Of a DNA stretch of 64,000 nt, positions 45,676 to 55,053 are shown one piece after another. The notes beneath the pieces were generated by a model. It was not told where the DNA came from and did no database searches. It saw only the letters and a program-made list of their open reading frames with translations. Numbering within the stretch: position 1 is the stretch's first letter; every line of letters begins with the position of its first letter. Location of the stretch: IMG/VR virus record IMGVR_UViG_3300028920_000023; one strand, written 5' to 3'. The DNA comes from a virus. Taxonomy: Duplodnaviria > Caudoviricetes. A program made the translations under genes and the position numbers.

Positions 45676-47331
45676 CTACAGATCCAAAATCCGAGCGTAA
45701 TTCCTAGCCACTGTCTTCTTGACAGTCGATGCTGGGACTGCATGGGTCTTAGCCCATTCAGCCATTTTCTTGAGATTATCGGCTTGGGACTTACTCAGGG
45801 GCGTCGTGTTCTGCACCGCGTGCATAATGTGCAAAACATCCAGATCCACATCCTTTCCGGACTCGATCTTCTGATTATAGGCGGAAAGCAAAGCAGACTT
45901 AACAGCCTCCTCGATCTCCGAACCAGAGAAACCTTTAGTCGAGGAAACCAGTTCTTTCCACCCAGTGGGGTCTTTCTTCTTGAGTACCTCGGGGTCACGC
46001 CCCTTCTTCCTGATATGGATCTCCAAGATCTCCTCACGCGCCGCATCATCCGGCTGATCCACGAAGAAGATCTCATCGAACCGACCCTTTCGGGTAAGCT
46101 CAGGGGGAAGACCTTCAATGTTATTGACCGTAGCGATGATGAAGGAACTGCCGCTACGCTCCTGCATCCAGGTCAGCAACGTACCAAACACCCTCTGAGA
46201 GACGCCAGAATCACCAGAACTCTGGCCGACACCACCAAGCACCTTCTCGACCTCATCCAGCCAAACCACCGAGTCGCCAATAGCGTCGATAGTGCTCAGC
46301 GCATTCCGCATATTGTCCTCAGATGCCCCCACAAGACCCTGGAATACCTTGGCAATATCGAATCGGACCAAAGGAACCTGCATCTCCGTTGCTGCAGCCT
46401 TTGCCGACAAGCTCTTTCCACAGCCCGGAAGACCCACAAGGACAATACCTTTGGGTTTGTCCACGCCAAAAGCTGCAGCCTCTTTACTGTAGCAGAGCCT
46501 CCGACGATTGAGCCAAGCCTTAAGGACATCCAAACCACCAATATCCCGGGACAACTGCTTGATATCCCAGAATTCCAAGATACCAGACTTCTTGATAGTC
46601 TTGGCTTTCTCCTTCATAACCAGCTCAGCGATGGTCGGAACCGCCTCCTGGTCATCCGTTTTAGCCTCCTTCAGCTCCTTCAGCAGAGTGGACCGGACGA
46701 TCGCCGCCTTGGCAAAGGCATTGGACGCCTCCATCAGAGTCAAACCAACCGCAGCCTCACCAATCTTGTCATGATCGTCTTCCTTTAGATCAGAGAAACT
46801 ATCGGGCTGCTGATTGTAGATCTCCTCCTTCCACTGGGTTTTGAGCTGCTCCTGTCGGGGAAGGCTATATTCCACCAAATGCAGATCACGTTCGATCTCC
46901 GGCGGGATTTTGCGCACTGGACTAACGAGAATCAGCGAATGCTTCACACTCTTGAAGCACCTCGAGATATCCCGTAGCAACCGCAGAACCACCGGGTTAT
47001 TGAAGTGCAGATGAAGATCACGGAAGATGAAAAGCTTGCGCTTCACATCCATGTTCTTGTCGACGACAACATTCTTTGCCTCGGAATAGATCTTCCCGAG
47101 AGCATTCGCAGCCAGCATCGTCTGTTTTGCTTGCTTGTCCGAGATCCAGTCGGTGACTTTGTCTACTGGATGAAGACCCTCTGAGCAACTCCAGACCTGG
47201 AATTGTTCGCCCGTGAGGTTGTAGTAACTGGCGATTTCATGACATGCCAGTTCTGCTCGGAACTCCTCGAGGCAGTGCAGATAGATGACGGGAAATCCAG
47301 CCCGTACGTAGGGTATAAGCGATGACGACAT
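45676..47331 (-). CDS. Ycf46-like AAA+ ATPase
   Basis: FIFRDLH; GGLDVLK.WL; GLPGCGKS; VVWLDEVEK; LPPEL.RKGRFDE.FFVD; ends RILDL. Confidence 0.9.
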   Translation of the reverse strand: MSSSLIPYVRAGFPVIYLHCLEEFRAELACHEIASYYNLTGEQFQVWSCSEGLHPVDKVTDWISDKQAKQTMLAANALGKIYSEAKNVVVDKNMDVKRKLFIFRDLHLHFNNPVVLRLLRDISRCFKSVKHSLILVSPVRKIPPEIERDLHLVEYSLPRQEQLKTQWKEEIYNQQPDSFSDLKEDDHDKIGEAAVGLTLMEASNAFAKAAIVRSTLLKELKEAKTDDQEAVPTIAELVMKEKAKTIKKSGILEFWDIKQLSRDIGGLDVLKAWLNRRRLCYSKEAAAFGVDKPKGIVLVGLPGCGKSLSAKAAATEMQVPLVRFDIAKVFQGLVGASEDNMRNALSTIDAIGDSVVWLDEVEKVLGGVGQSSGDSGVSQRVFGTLLTWMQERSGSSFIIATVNNIEGLPPELTRKGRFDEIFFVDQPDDAAREEILEIHIRKKGRDPEVLKKKDPTGWKELVSSTKGFSGSEIEEAVKSALLSAYNQKIESGKDVDLDVLHIMHAVQNTTPLSKSQADNLKKMAEWAKTHAVPASTVKKTVARNYARILDL

Positions 47332-47454
47332 GTTCATCCTCCTGTGGCAAATTGGGCAGACACGCACGCGCCGCCCATACCACCATCGTGGCATGTGGCT
47401 TTGTCCGGCGTCCGTATCAGCTTGATTAAAGAAAGAAAGGTGCTTCTTTGAAAA

Positions 47455-47760
47455 CTACGAAATGTCAGACTTGTCAATGAAACGAAGCAAACCAAGATAA
47501 GAAAAACGAGACCGCACTATCTCGCTCTTGGTAAAAGACCTACAACCACACTCATAAACATCAGGCAGACTAGAAGCCGCACCAGCTACAACCTTAACGG
47601 CCTCAGGCAAAGTAAAACCCTCACCAACCTTCTTCCTAGTAACAAAATCAAGAAGCCACCTCTCAGCCCTCCTGAAAGAAGGCTGCGCATTGCAAAATAT
47701 CAAATCCAATTCTTCACCAATGACCGGGTTAATCTTCCCGATCTCTTCAATTACATCCAT
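47455..47760 (-). CDS. hypothetical protein (101 aa)
   Basis: Co-oriented ORF; start uncertain. Confidence 0.55.
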   Translation of the reverse strand: MDVIEEIGKINPVIGEELDLIFCNAQPSFRRAERWLLDFVTRKKVGEGFTLPEAVKVVAGAASSLPDVYECGCRSFTKSEIVRSRFSYLGLLRFIDKSDIS

Positions 47761-47773
47761 GACAAACCCCAAT

Positions 47774-48610
47774 CTAACTCTTACCAAGGAGAATCGGCTC
47801 CCTACTTCGCCGAATTTCCTCGTATTCGCTACTTATTGGACCAATAGAATCATTAAGATAAGCAATGATCTTATCGGCAGTTTTGAGACGTTTACCAGCA
47901 ACCACCATACTTACATCCTCGCCCCACCTCAGCGTGGCCATACGCCCACCGACATCTACTTTCGCCACAGCTACATCCCCCTCACGCTTGATGCCGGTGT
48001 AATCAGCAGCAACATAACTCTCGCTAAGATGCCTAAATATAACCTCATTGAAAAGCAACTCATACAGAAGCAACGCCCTCTCCATAAATTTAGATTTAGG
48101 AAAATTCCCCTCTTTCAACAGAGTTCTAAGGATTTCCTCTACCCTCCCACGACTATCGCCATAATAACTAGCACCAAGAATATCCGCAATAACGGACTCT
48201 CTCAGAGACTCAGAATTAGGATCAGCTAACTCATAGCTGATACCCTTATGCCGGAAACAAGCATCCTTGTAAACAAACCTGCTGGACGGGAACTCCCAGC
48301 GGCAAACGCCATGGGGATGCCGGTGCAGAACTACTTCCAACTCACCGTTACTCCCATTACTGCTTAACTTAATCTTGAAAGCACTACCGAATATATCCTT
48401 CAGGAACTTTCGGACAAGCCCCATATTGTCCCTAGCTTTGGATTTAGGGAGCTTCTGGGGTTTGGTCTTTCTCTTGCTAAGAAGCGAAATCTGATCGATA
48501 CCGACAGCCGCCCCATTCCTTGTCTTGATGTACCTATAGAGATCCATATTATCATGATCTCCAGGCACTTCGATTTCCAAGCAGACCTTGAACTTCGAGT
48601 AATTCCCCAT
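47774..48610 (-). CDS. hypothetical protein (278 aa)
   Basis: AGGAG RBS; long ORF. Confidence 0.75.
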   Translation of the reverse strand: MGNYSKFKVCLEIEVPGDHDNMDLYRYIKTRNGAAVGIDQISLLSKRKTKPQKLPKSKARDNMGLVRKFLKDIFGSAFKIKLSSNGSNGELEVVLHRHPHGVCRWEFPSSRFVYKDACFRHKGISYELADPNSESLRESVIADILGASYYGDSRGRVEEILRTLLKEGNFPKSKFMERALLLYELLFNEVIFRHLSESYVAADYTGIKREGDVAVAKVDVGGRMATLRWGEDVSMVVAGKRLKTADKIIAYLNDSIGPISSEYEEIRRSREPILLGKS

Positions 48611-48624
48611 AAAATTCTCCTATC

Positions 48625-48831
48625 TCAGATCAACTCGCCACAAACTGGACAACTACGAGGTTTGATGACTAAACCTCGTCGTTTAGCTTCAGCATTGCAG
48701 ATCTCATTCTCCTCTTCAGTGCACTCGTGCCACCTGCCACCAAACAAACACGACCACTTGTCGTGTCCAGTAGGAGAACCAACCCCAATACACACATCAA
48801 CAAGACCAAACCTCGGCAGTGAAATCCTCAT
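48625..48831 (-). CDS. small Cys-rich protein
   Basis: CPVC at the C-terminus. Confidence 0.55.
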   Translation of the reverse strand: MRISLPRFGLVDVCIGVGSPTGHDKWSCLFGGRWHECTEEENEICNAEAKRRGLVIKPRSCPVCGELI

Positions 48832-48839
48832 GTTCTCTC

Positions 48840-49487
48840 CTAAACAATATCCCGACCATCAAAACCTGAGCGCCACTTCAGTTTCAGCATGTGGCCGCTC
48901 TTCTTGGCACCAGCAGGATCGCCCAAAAGACGCCCCGTGGAGCGCTTCAGAACAATGCCCTCCGTGTACGGCAATTCCTTCTGCGCATTATAGAAATCCA
49001 AAAACCCAGAATCTACAGTTTCCGGAGTCCTCAAATTCGAAAGACCATCAATACACGGAAGAACCGCAAACCGCTCAGAAGCGCCACGATCGCCAACATA
49101 CTGGTCAGCAATATAAATCGAATCAATCAAATAGAGGCACTCGGGAAAACCAAGATCATCCGTACGGCGCTTCATCCATTCGCAAACGAGGATAGTCTTA
49201 TTCGGCAGACCCAGAGACCGCACATCGGACACCATATCGCCAGAAACCGGGATTTCCGTCGGACCACCCTTCTTCATATCTCTTCTAGAAAGGAAATATA
49301 GCCCGTTGCTCCTATCCCAGGCAGGATCACCGACACCAAGAGAGGAGATATCGTCATCGACAACGAGGTAACAACACCAGCCGTCTAGCTTCTGTTGTGC
49401 GAAGTATGTCGATTTTTGCTCGTACTCTGGGAGTTGTTCTTCTGCACCAAAAATCTCGATCGGTTTATCTGCGTACCTCCAGTTCAT
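48840..49487 (-). CDS. ATP-dependent ligase / nucleotidyltransferase catalytic domain, no OB fold
   Basis: QKLDG (motif I), CEW (III), YLID (IIIa), EGIVLK (IV), KLK (V). Confidence 0.8.
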   Translation of the reverse strand: MNWRYADKPIEIFGAEEQLPEYEQKSTYFAQQKLDGWCCYLVVDDDISSLGVGDPAWDRSNGLYFLSRRDMKKGGPTEIPVSGDMVSDVRSLGLPNKTILVCEWMKRRTDDLGFPECLYLIDSIYIADQYVGDRGASERFAVLPCIDGLSNLRTPETVDSGFLDFYNAQKELPYTEGIVLKRSTGRLLGDPAGAKKSGHMLKLKWRSGFDGRDIV

Positions 49488-49834
49488 TTTTTACTCCTTT
49501 CGACTACTTTAAATGCGAGTTCATGGGCTTCTGGTAACGGAAGCTTGACAAATTTTGCAAGGTTTTCTGGCTTCAGTGCTTTGCAGACTTGTTGTAAGAT
49601 CTGCGCACTAAAGAAATCTAGAAGAACAGCTCCTTCCTCCTCTTCCTGTTCTAATCGTTTACCAGTTACCGGGTCAACAAGTGCATATTGCTTATTTCGC
49701 ACAACCCAATCTACCGCATCAGTCCAATCCAATGTCTGCCTCCTTGTCGCTCTCTGCAGCGAGTTTCTCCCCTCTTTCCCTTGCGTCTCTATCCCTATCG
49801 GCAGTCGTGCGCCTATCCACACAAACCACATCAT
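49484..49834 (-). CDS. hypothetical protein (116 aa)
   Basis: Tightly packed co-oriented ORF. Confidence 0.6.
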   Translation of the reverse strand: MMWFVWIGARLPIGIETQGKEGRNSLQRATRRQTLDWTDAVDWVVRNKQYALVDPVTGKRLEQEEEEGAVLLDFFSAQILQQVCKALKPENLAKFVKLPLPEAHELAFKVVERSKK

Positions 49835-49843
49835 TTACCCTAA

Positions 49844-50251
49844 TCACACTAGCCCACTCTCATCCCGAGCAACCTGGATGTTGAGGTGGGGATACTTGTG
49901 AACATAAAAGCAGGCCATACCCTCGTCATGGTGAAGACCATCATGATGGCCTAGATCCTTGATGATCGAGAACGTCTCACAATGCGGGTAAACATCCACA
50001 TAACAAACACCCCTAATATTCATTACCTTAAAGCAGATACTTGGCGGGAGGCCCTTCTTGGCCTCTACGCCTGTATCTCCGATCTTGAGATCTGCATCGA
50101 AGGTTTTTAGAAGATTATAGATGGAGTGTGCCCAGCCGTCTAGGTCGCCAGGATTAATTTCTACGAAGTTGATCTCCATTTTCTCGATCAATTCCTCGAA
50201 GACGTCTCCATGGTCTGAGGGGTCTTTAACTTCTCTATGGATTATGTGCAT
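49844..50251 (-). CDS. hypothetical protein (135 aa)
   Basis: AAGGAG RBS. Confidence 0.7.
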   Translation of the reverse strand: MHIIHREVKDPSDHGDVFEELIEKMEINFVEINPGDLDGWAHSIYNLLKTFDADLKIGDTGVEAKKGLPPSICFKVMNIRGVCYVDVYPHCETFSIIKDLGHHDGLHHDEGMACFYVHKYPHLNIQVARDESGLV

Positions 50252-50295
50252 TGTTTCTCCTTCTCTCAATGTGCAAAACTACCCTGGGGGATACG

Positions 50296-50892
50296 ATGCC
50301 AAAAATCAAAAGAATCCACTTCTACCATATACCAAGGACCGGTGGACATAGCGTTTACAAGTTCTATCCCAGAATAAGAAAATTCGGCATCCAAATGCCG
50401 AATAACGGTCATACGCCATATCAGGATTACAATATTCCAAGCTTCATATTCCTAAGGAACCCAGCTATGCACTCGTTCTCAAGCTACCATTATATCCGTG
50501 AGCACAAAACACATAAGCTACATAACGAAATGCTCCGCAAGAGCTTCACCCAAATACTCAGAGAAGGACAGCCCCTAGACAGGTTCTGCGGCTTCCTAGG
50601 CAGGGGTGCAAAAACACCAAAAGAAAGATTAGAGAGAGCAAAAAGGAATATAGACAAAATCACCTTCGTAGGGTTCACAGAACGGTTCGACGAGGACATG
50701 AACATCTTCCTCCGGGATATTTTGGGCGTCCCCCTACGATACAACAGAGCCGTGGTAAATTCTAGCAACGTCTACAAAAAGAAATTAAGACCAAGCCCCA
50801 CAGACATCAAACTGCTGAAGGAACTACGCGCAGACGACTACGAACTAGTAAGATATGTAATGAAGAAAAGAAACGTAAGAATCCCACTGTAG
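50296..50892 (+). CDS. sulfotransferase family protein
   Basis: HIPRTGGHS (5'-PSB loop), FLRNP...S.Y (3'-PB), FVGFTERFDE. Confidence 0.85.
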   Translation: MPKIKRIHFYHIPRTGGHSVYKFYPRIRKFGIQMPNNGHTPYQDYNIPSFIFLRNPAMHSFSSYHYIREHKTHKLHNEMLRKSFTQILREGQPLDRFCGFLGRGAKTPKERLERAKRNIDKITFVGFTERFDEDMNIFLRDILGVPLRYNRAVVNSSNVYKKKLRPSPTDIKLLKELRADDYELVRYVMKKRNVRIPL

Positions 50893-50894
50893 AC

Positions 50895-50938
50895 GAAATG
50901 CCGACCAAAAACGGTCATTTGCCTTTGGTCGGCATTTC
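50895..50938. terminator. 15-bp hairpin between convergent genes
   Basis: GAAATGCCGACCAAA / TTTGGTCGGCATTTC. Confidence 0.6.
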
Positions 50939-50956
50939 ATCACCCCCATCAGGTCT

Positions 50957-51361
50957 TCAAGAAGCCGAAGTGGGCCAGGGCGTGGCTAAATCATCCGCTT
51001 CTAAACCATCCGCTTTCAGAATACGAGCGCGCAGTTCTATGATCTCTTCTGCGCGTTTCAAGGACATGCCTGAGTTCATCAGATCGTCTGTAGTCTTGCC
51101 GTCCAGCACCTCCACCAGAGCCCTAGCTACGGACTTCGCTTTCCACAACAAGGAGGGATCCTCCTTGCCCGCAAGTTTGAATGCCGTATCTCTGAACTCA
51201 TCACACAGATCAGACAACGTACCTGCCCCGAGATCGCGGAGCCTTATCCTGGGCCGTATCTGTTCCGGCCCTTTGCCTGTGTTGGGCACCTTCGAAGGCG
51301 TATCTATCAAAACCACGTTGGGCACTTCAAACGAGCTAAGCTTGATTGTCGTTTCTACCAT
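50957..51361 (-). CDS. hypothetical protein (134 aa)
   Basis: GGAGGAG RBS. Confidence 0.7.
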   Translation of the reverse strand: MVETTIKLSSFEVPNVVLIDTPSKVPNTGKGPEQIRPRIRLRDLGAGTLSDLCDEFRDTAFKLAGKEDPSLLWKAKSVARALVEVLDGKTTDDLMNSGMSLKRAEEIIELRARILKADGLEADDLATPWPTSAS

Positions 51362-51392
51362 CACTCCTCCTCTCTGATTACAGGCTTGTTGT

Positions 51393-52148
51393 TCAGACAC
51401 GCAAAGACGGGGTTTGTGGCTTAATCCAGGTCTTCCCGATGGCCTTGTCGGCCAGGGCTTGTACTGCGGCGTCGGTCATTCGGTCATTGTGCAAAGCATC
51501 CTTGACCTCGTGGTACTGCTTAACCGCCATGTATTCGAGGAATGTTTCCTCGGCTTTCTCCTGTAGCGTAGCGATCTCGGCCTCGAGATGTGCGATCTTC
51601 TTTTCGATCGGCGCTTTGGTCTTTGCCTTCTTCAATTCCTTCTTTGCTTCCTCCAGAAGGTATTCAGCCACAGGCAAACGCTTCCCGCCAAACGCACTCA
51701 CTACCATGGGCAGGATTTCGTCCATTTTGGCCATCGCCGCATCACTTAGCGAGATTTCTGTTTTCTGGGTGAAGTACTTCTCGAATTTGTCCCCAAAGAG
51801 TTTTTCTAGCTCTTTGGCTTGTTTCGGGTCGATTTTGCTGTATTTGTTCTGTACCACGAAAGTAAGGGGCGTGAGTTTGCCGACTTGGACCTTAACTGAA
51901 GAGAAAGCCTTTCCTTCTTTGAGGCAGAAGGCCTTCATCTCCTTGCTTGACTCCTCGCGGAGCGTCGCGGCGTTGGTCTCAGCTTTCGCTTTGGCGTTCT
52001 TTTCTTTCTCTTTGGCCTCTCGGTATTCGTTCACAGCCTCCCTGAGTTCCTCAGTATCCGGCAATTCGATGACCGGCATACTGCTCTTCTTTGCTTTCGT
52101 GTCCGCATTCTTGCTCGCAGCCTTCTTCAGCAGATTACCAATACCCAT
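51393..52148 (-). CDS. hypothetical Lys/Ala/Glu-rich protein (251 aa)
   Basis: AAAGGAG RBS. Confidence 0.8.
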   Translation of the reverse strand: MGIGNLLKKAASKNADTKAKKSSMPVIELPDTEELREAVNEYREAKEKEKNAKAKAETNAATLREESSKEMKAFCLKEGKAFSSVKVQVGKLTPLTFVVQNKYSKIDPKQAKELEKLFGDKFEKYFTQKTEISLSDAAMAKMDEILPMVVSAFGGKRLPVAEYLLEEAKKELKKAKTKAPIEKKIAHLEAEIATLQEKAEETFLEYMAVKQYHEVKDALHNDRMTDAAVQALADKAIGKTWIKPQTPSLRV

Positions 52149-52236
52149 GTTTCTCTCCTTTGTGAGCGTGGCGCGGCCCCTGTGCCGCGCCTGTGTGTTT
52201 GTTGTAGCGCCTATCTTGGTACGACGACCTTACAGC

Positions 52237-52509
52237 TTAAATCCGTCTCTGATAGATCGCAACGAACATCAAAGCCGGAACAGCAGACATAACCCATCCC
52301 TCGCCCTCGAGCCGGACCATCTCATGGCAATCATCATCTGTCGAGAAACGACCCACTCTGGTGAACTCGTGTCTCGACACCACATCGTCATCAGCCACCT
52401 TGATCACAAACGACCGGCGACTTTCGCTATAGAGAGTAAGCTCCAAACCGTGCTCACGTGCACAACCAGACATCCGGTCCACTATCGTCTTGACGAAGGT
52501 ATCTTCCAT
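52237..52509 (-). CDS. hypothetical protein (90 aa)
   Basis: Co-oriented ORF. Confidence 0.6.
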   Translation of the reverse strand: MEDTFVKTIVDRMSGCAREHGLELTLYSESRRSFVIKVADDDVVSRHEFTRVGRFSTDDDCHEMVRLEGEGWVMSAVPALMFVAIYQRRI

Positions 52510-52532
52510 ATTCTTCTATCCTTACTAAAGCA

Positions 52533-53732
52533 CTAGTTGAGAATTGCGCCAGATGCCCAATGATCCCGCGCTGTCTTACTATTTGGGTCGATGAAATCCT
52601 CGAATTCACCTAACTCCACCACCGAATTCTCCAGATCATACTCCTTGGCGATCAGATCCCCAAACACACCAGTAAACTTCCTAGCCGCATCTGGGGTCAG
52701 CTGATGCGTAGCAACCTCAGTAACGAAATTCAGCAAACGATACATATGGCAGGGCGTCGGCGTCATCCGCTGTCGCTTCTCCGAGATACTGTTGAGATCC
52801 GCGACCCCATAAAGCGCCCTGAGGTCACCCGTGAGGTTGCGGAAGTGCTTGAACAGATCAGACCTCAGAGTCTTACCAATAGTCCCTGTATCGGTCTGAC
52901 CAGTCTTCTCGGCCATCTGAGCCGAGAATGACTCATCGAAATCCTCAGGAGCTAAATTTGCGACGAGCTTGCCCACCCTGACGCACTCCGCGACGCTAGC
53001 ATGCGTCCTCTGGGAAGCATCCATCCTCTGCAGAAGGGCTGCATACCCCTCTTCGTTCTGGAAGCTCTCAAGAATCCGAATCGCGGTCCCCACCGGGTCT
53101 TCAGAACCCACTTGGATTGCAGACCTGAAGATCTTGCTATGCGCAATAACACCGTTGGTACAAACCTGACGCCAGAGGCTAAGGAAGACAGCCGGGTCGC
53201 CATAGCCGTCGATTGGTGTTTCGAGGGCAATCTTCATTGCGAAGTCATCTGGACCGATCTTCCTATTAATTCCTAGGAGATTCAGAGGTGTATGAATGGT
53301 TTGGTATTTGCCATCGCAAAAGGATGCTCTTTCCACTCCAAGGTGGTTGTAGACCGCTATTGCTTGTTCATCATACAGCATCTTGCGTCCTGGTTTGGTG
53401 ACGCCCCATAGTCTTGGGTTGTCACCTCTTTCTACACAGAGCTGTACTTGGTCATCGGTGAATCGACCTGTGTCTCCGATTCTTTGGAAGACTTCGTAGT
53501 GGTCGAAGAGACGGAACACGCTTGGACCAAATTGGAAGCGTGATCCTAGACTGATCCAGAATCGGGATGTCGGTCTAGCTTCTCGTCCGTCTGGAAGGAC
53601 GATCTTATCTGCGACCATGGACCCTGTCTTGGGGTCTCGATGCCCCAGTGCTTTGAGATCCGACACCGCTGCTTGCGGGTAATCGAATGTGGGTAGGTCT
53701 ATCAGTTGACTACTGCCTGAATCGTACGTCAA
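52533..53732 (-). CDS. DUF932-like protein
   Basis: LWRQVCTNG motif; GGAGG RBS + TTG. Confidence 0.7.
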   Translation of the reverse strand: MTYDSGSSQLIDLPTFDYPQAAVSDLKALGHRDPKTGSMVADKIVLPDGREARPTSRFWISLGSRFQFGPSVFRLFDHYEVFQRIGDTGRFTDDQVQLCVERGDNPRLWGVTKPGRKMLYDEQAIAVYNHLGVERASFCDGKYQTIHTPLNLLGINRKIGPDDFAMKIALETPIDGYGDPAVFLSLWRQVCTNGVIAHSKIFRSAIQVGSEDPVGTAIRILESFQNEEGYAALLQRMDASQRTHASVAECVRVGKLVANLAPEDFDESFSAQMAEKTGQTDTGTIGKTLRSDLFKHFRNLTGDLRALYGVADLNSISEKRQRMTPTPCHMYRLLNFVTEVATHQLTPDAARKFTGVFGDLIAKEYDLENSVVELGEFEDFIDPNSKTARDHWASGAILN

Positions 53733-53859
53733 AACCGCCTCCTCTCTGTTGGGACATTCCCCAGGAAGATCCTCCTAGGGAATACCACACACCTAGTATG
53801 GACAAAGTTAACGCTTCACCAGATTGTGCAAGTTGCCACGCCGCCTCAAAAATAAGATT

Positions 53860-54612
53860 ATGAAACTCTCAACACTAACACTAAACTACAACAGAGCCAA
53901 CAGTATAATCTCGGGAAACATCGGCCAGATTATCAAAGAATCCCTCGTCCTAGAGGGAGCTGATCTGGTCGACGCCCTAACGGAGCATTTCCCAAATCTG
54001 CCAAAAATACTAGCCAAACTAGGCATAGACGTACCAAACCTCCAAATGGTAGGACGCGGAGACAAAGGAACGGCATTCTATGACGGTAATAAGATAGTAA
54101 AAATAACAGAAGACGAAAGAGAAGCAAGAGCCTCAGCGAATATCATGGGTGTAGATGTGCCAGGAGTGAACAAAGTCTACCATGTCTCTCGCTTCGCCAA
54201 GGAGATACCATACCAAGAAGAAGGTGACGAAGAACCAATCGATACTCAATATTACCTCATTATACAAGATTACCTTAATACCAAGATCAGTAGAGCCCAG
54301 TCCAAAGCATCTGAATTAGTTGATGAATTTCTTATCGACCATCTTAGAAAAATACCATGGCCTTTCGATCCCAGGGCACTGCTGCGCCCTGTGCATAATT
54401 ACTGGTTCAGGAAAAAACACGAATCCGCAATGAGTCCAGAAGTAGACAAGTATATATTGGAGCTATTGCAGAGCATCTCGGACCTCTATGCCAGACATCA
54501 TATCAAATTCTTCGATGTCAAGGGCAATGTTGGGGTTGACGCTGACGGCCATTTGAAACTCTTCGATCTGGGCATCTCGGATTCGCCAGAAGTCAACATC
54601 CCAGTTATCTGA
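53860..54612 (+). CDS. protein-kinase-like phosphotransferase
   Basis: GRGDKG.AF Gly loop; VKIT; FFDVKGN catalytic-loop-like; KLFDLG. Confidence 0.75.
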   Translation: MKLSTLTLNYNRANSIISGNIGQIIKESLVLEGADLVDALTEHFPNLPKILAKLGIDVPNLQMVGRGDKGTAFYDGNKIVKITEDEREARASANIMGVDVPGVNKVYHVSRFAKEIPYQEEGDEEPIDTQYYLIIQDYLNTKISRAQSKASELVDEFLIDHLRKIPWPFDPRALLRPVHNYWFRKKHESAMSPEVDKYILELLQSISDLYARHHIKFFDVKGNVGVDADGHLKLFDLGISDSPEVNIPVI

Positions 54613-54994
54613 TGGTGCCCATTCTAAGATCTGATCGAATTCCCAGGATGGCCGATTTTAGATTTATTACTTCGGGGTTACAGATCCAGAACCTTTTGAT
54701 GTGTTCTGGCATGTTCATGAGGACCTCTGGGGAGTCTTCGAACATGCAGTCTATGCCTAGGTTCTGTGCTTGTTTGGCTTTCCATGTGGCGAAGTCGTCG
54801 TCTTCTTCGGGCAGGACTATGTCTGTGTAGGATATTTTGTGTTCAGCCAATAATTTTTGTATTTCTTCTTTGCTGTCGGTCCTGTATGTGATTACGTAGA
54901 CTTCTCCGCCTGATTTGATTATGGCTTCGGATAATATCGAGAAGAGTTCTGGTGCGTCGGTGATTGTTCCGTCGTAGTCGATACCTATCTTCAT
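54605..54994 (-). CDS. HAD-superfamily hydrolase (5'-nucleotidase-like)
   Basis: IGIDYDGTI (DxDGT); ITYR; MFED. Confidence 0.85.
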   Translation of the reverse strand: MKIGIDYDGTITDAPELFSILSEAIIKSGGEVYVITYRTDSKEEIQKLLAEHKISYTDIVLPEEDDDFATWKAKQAQNLGIDCMFEDSPEVLMNMPEHIKRFWICNPEVINLKSAILGIRSDLRMGTIR

Positions 54995-55053
54995 GATGTT
55001 CCTTTCTGTTCCTCGGGATAGGGAGAGGTACTAGCATCTTGCCCTATCTGCCG

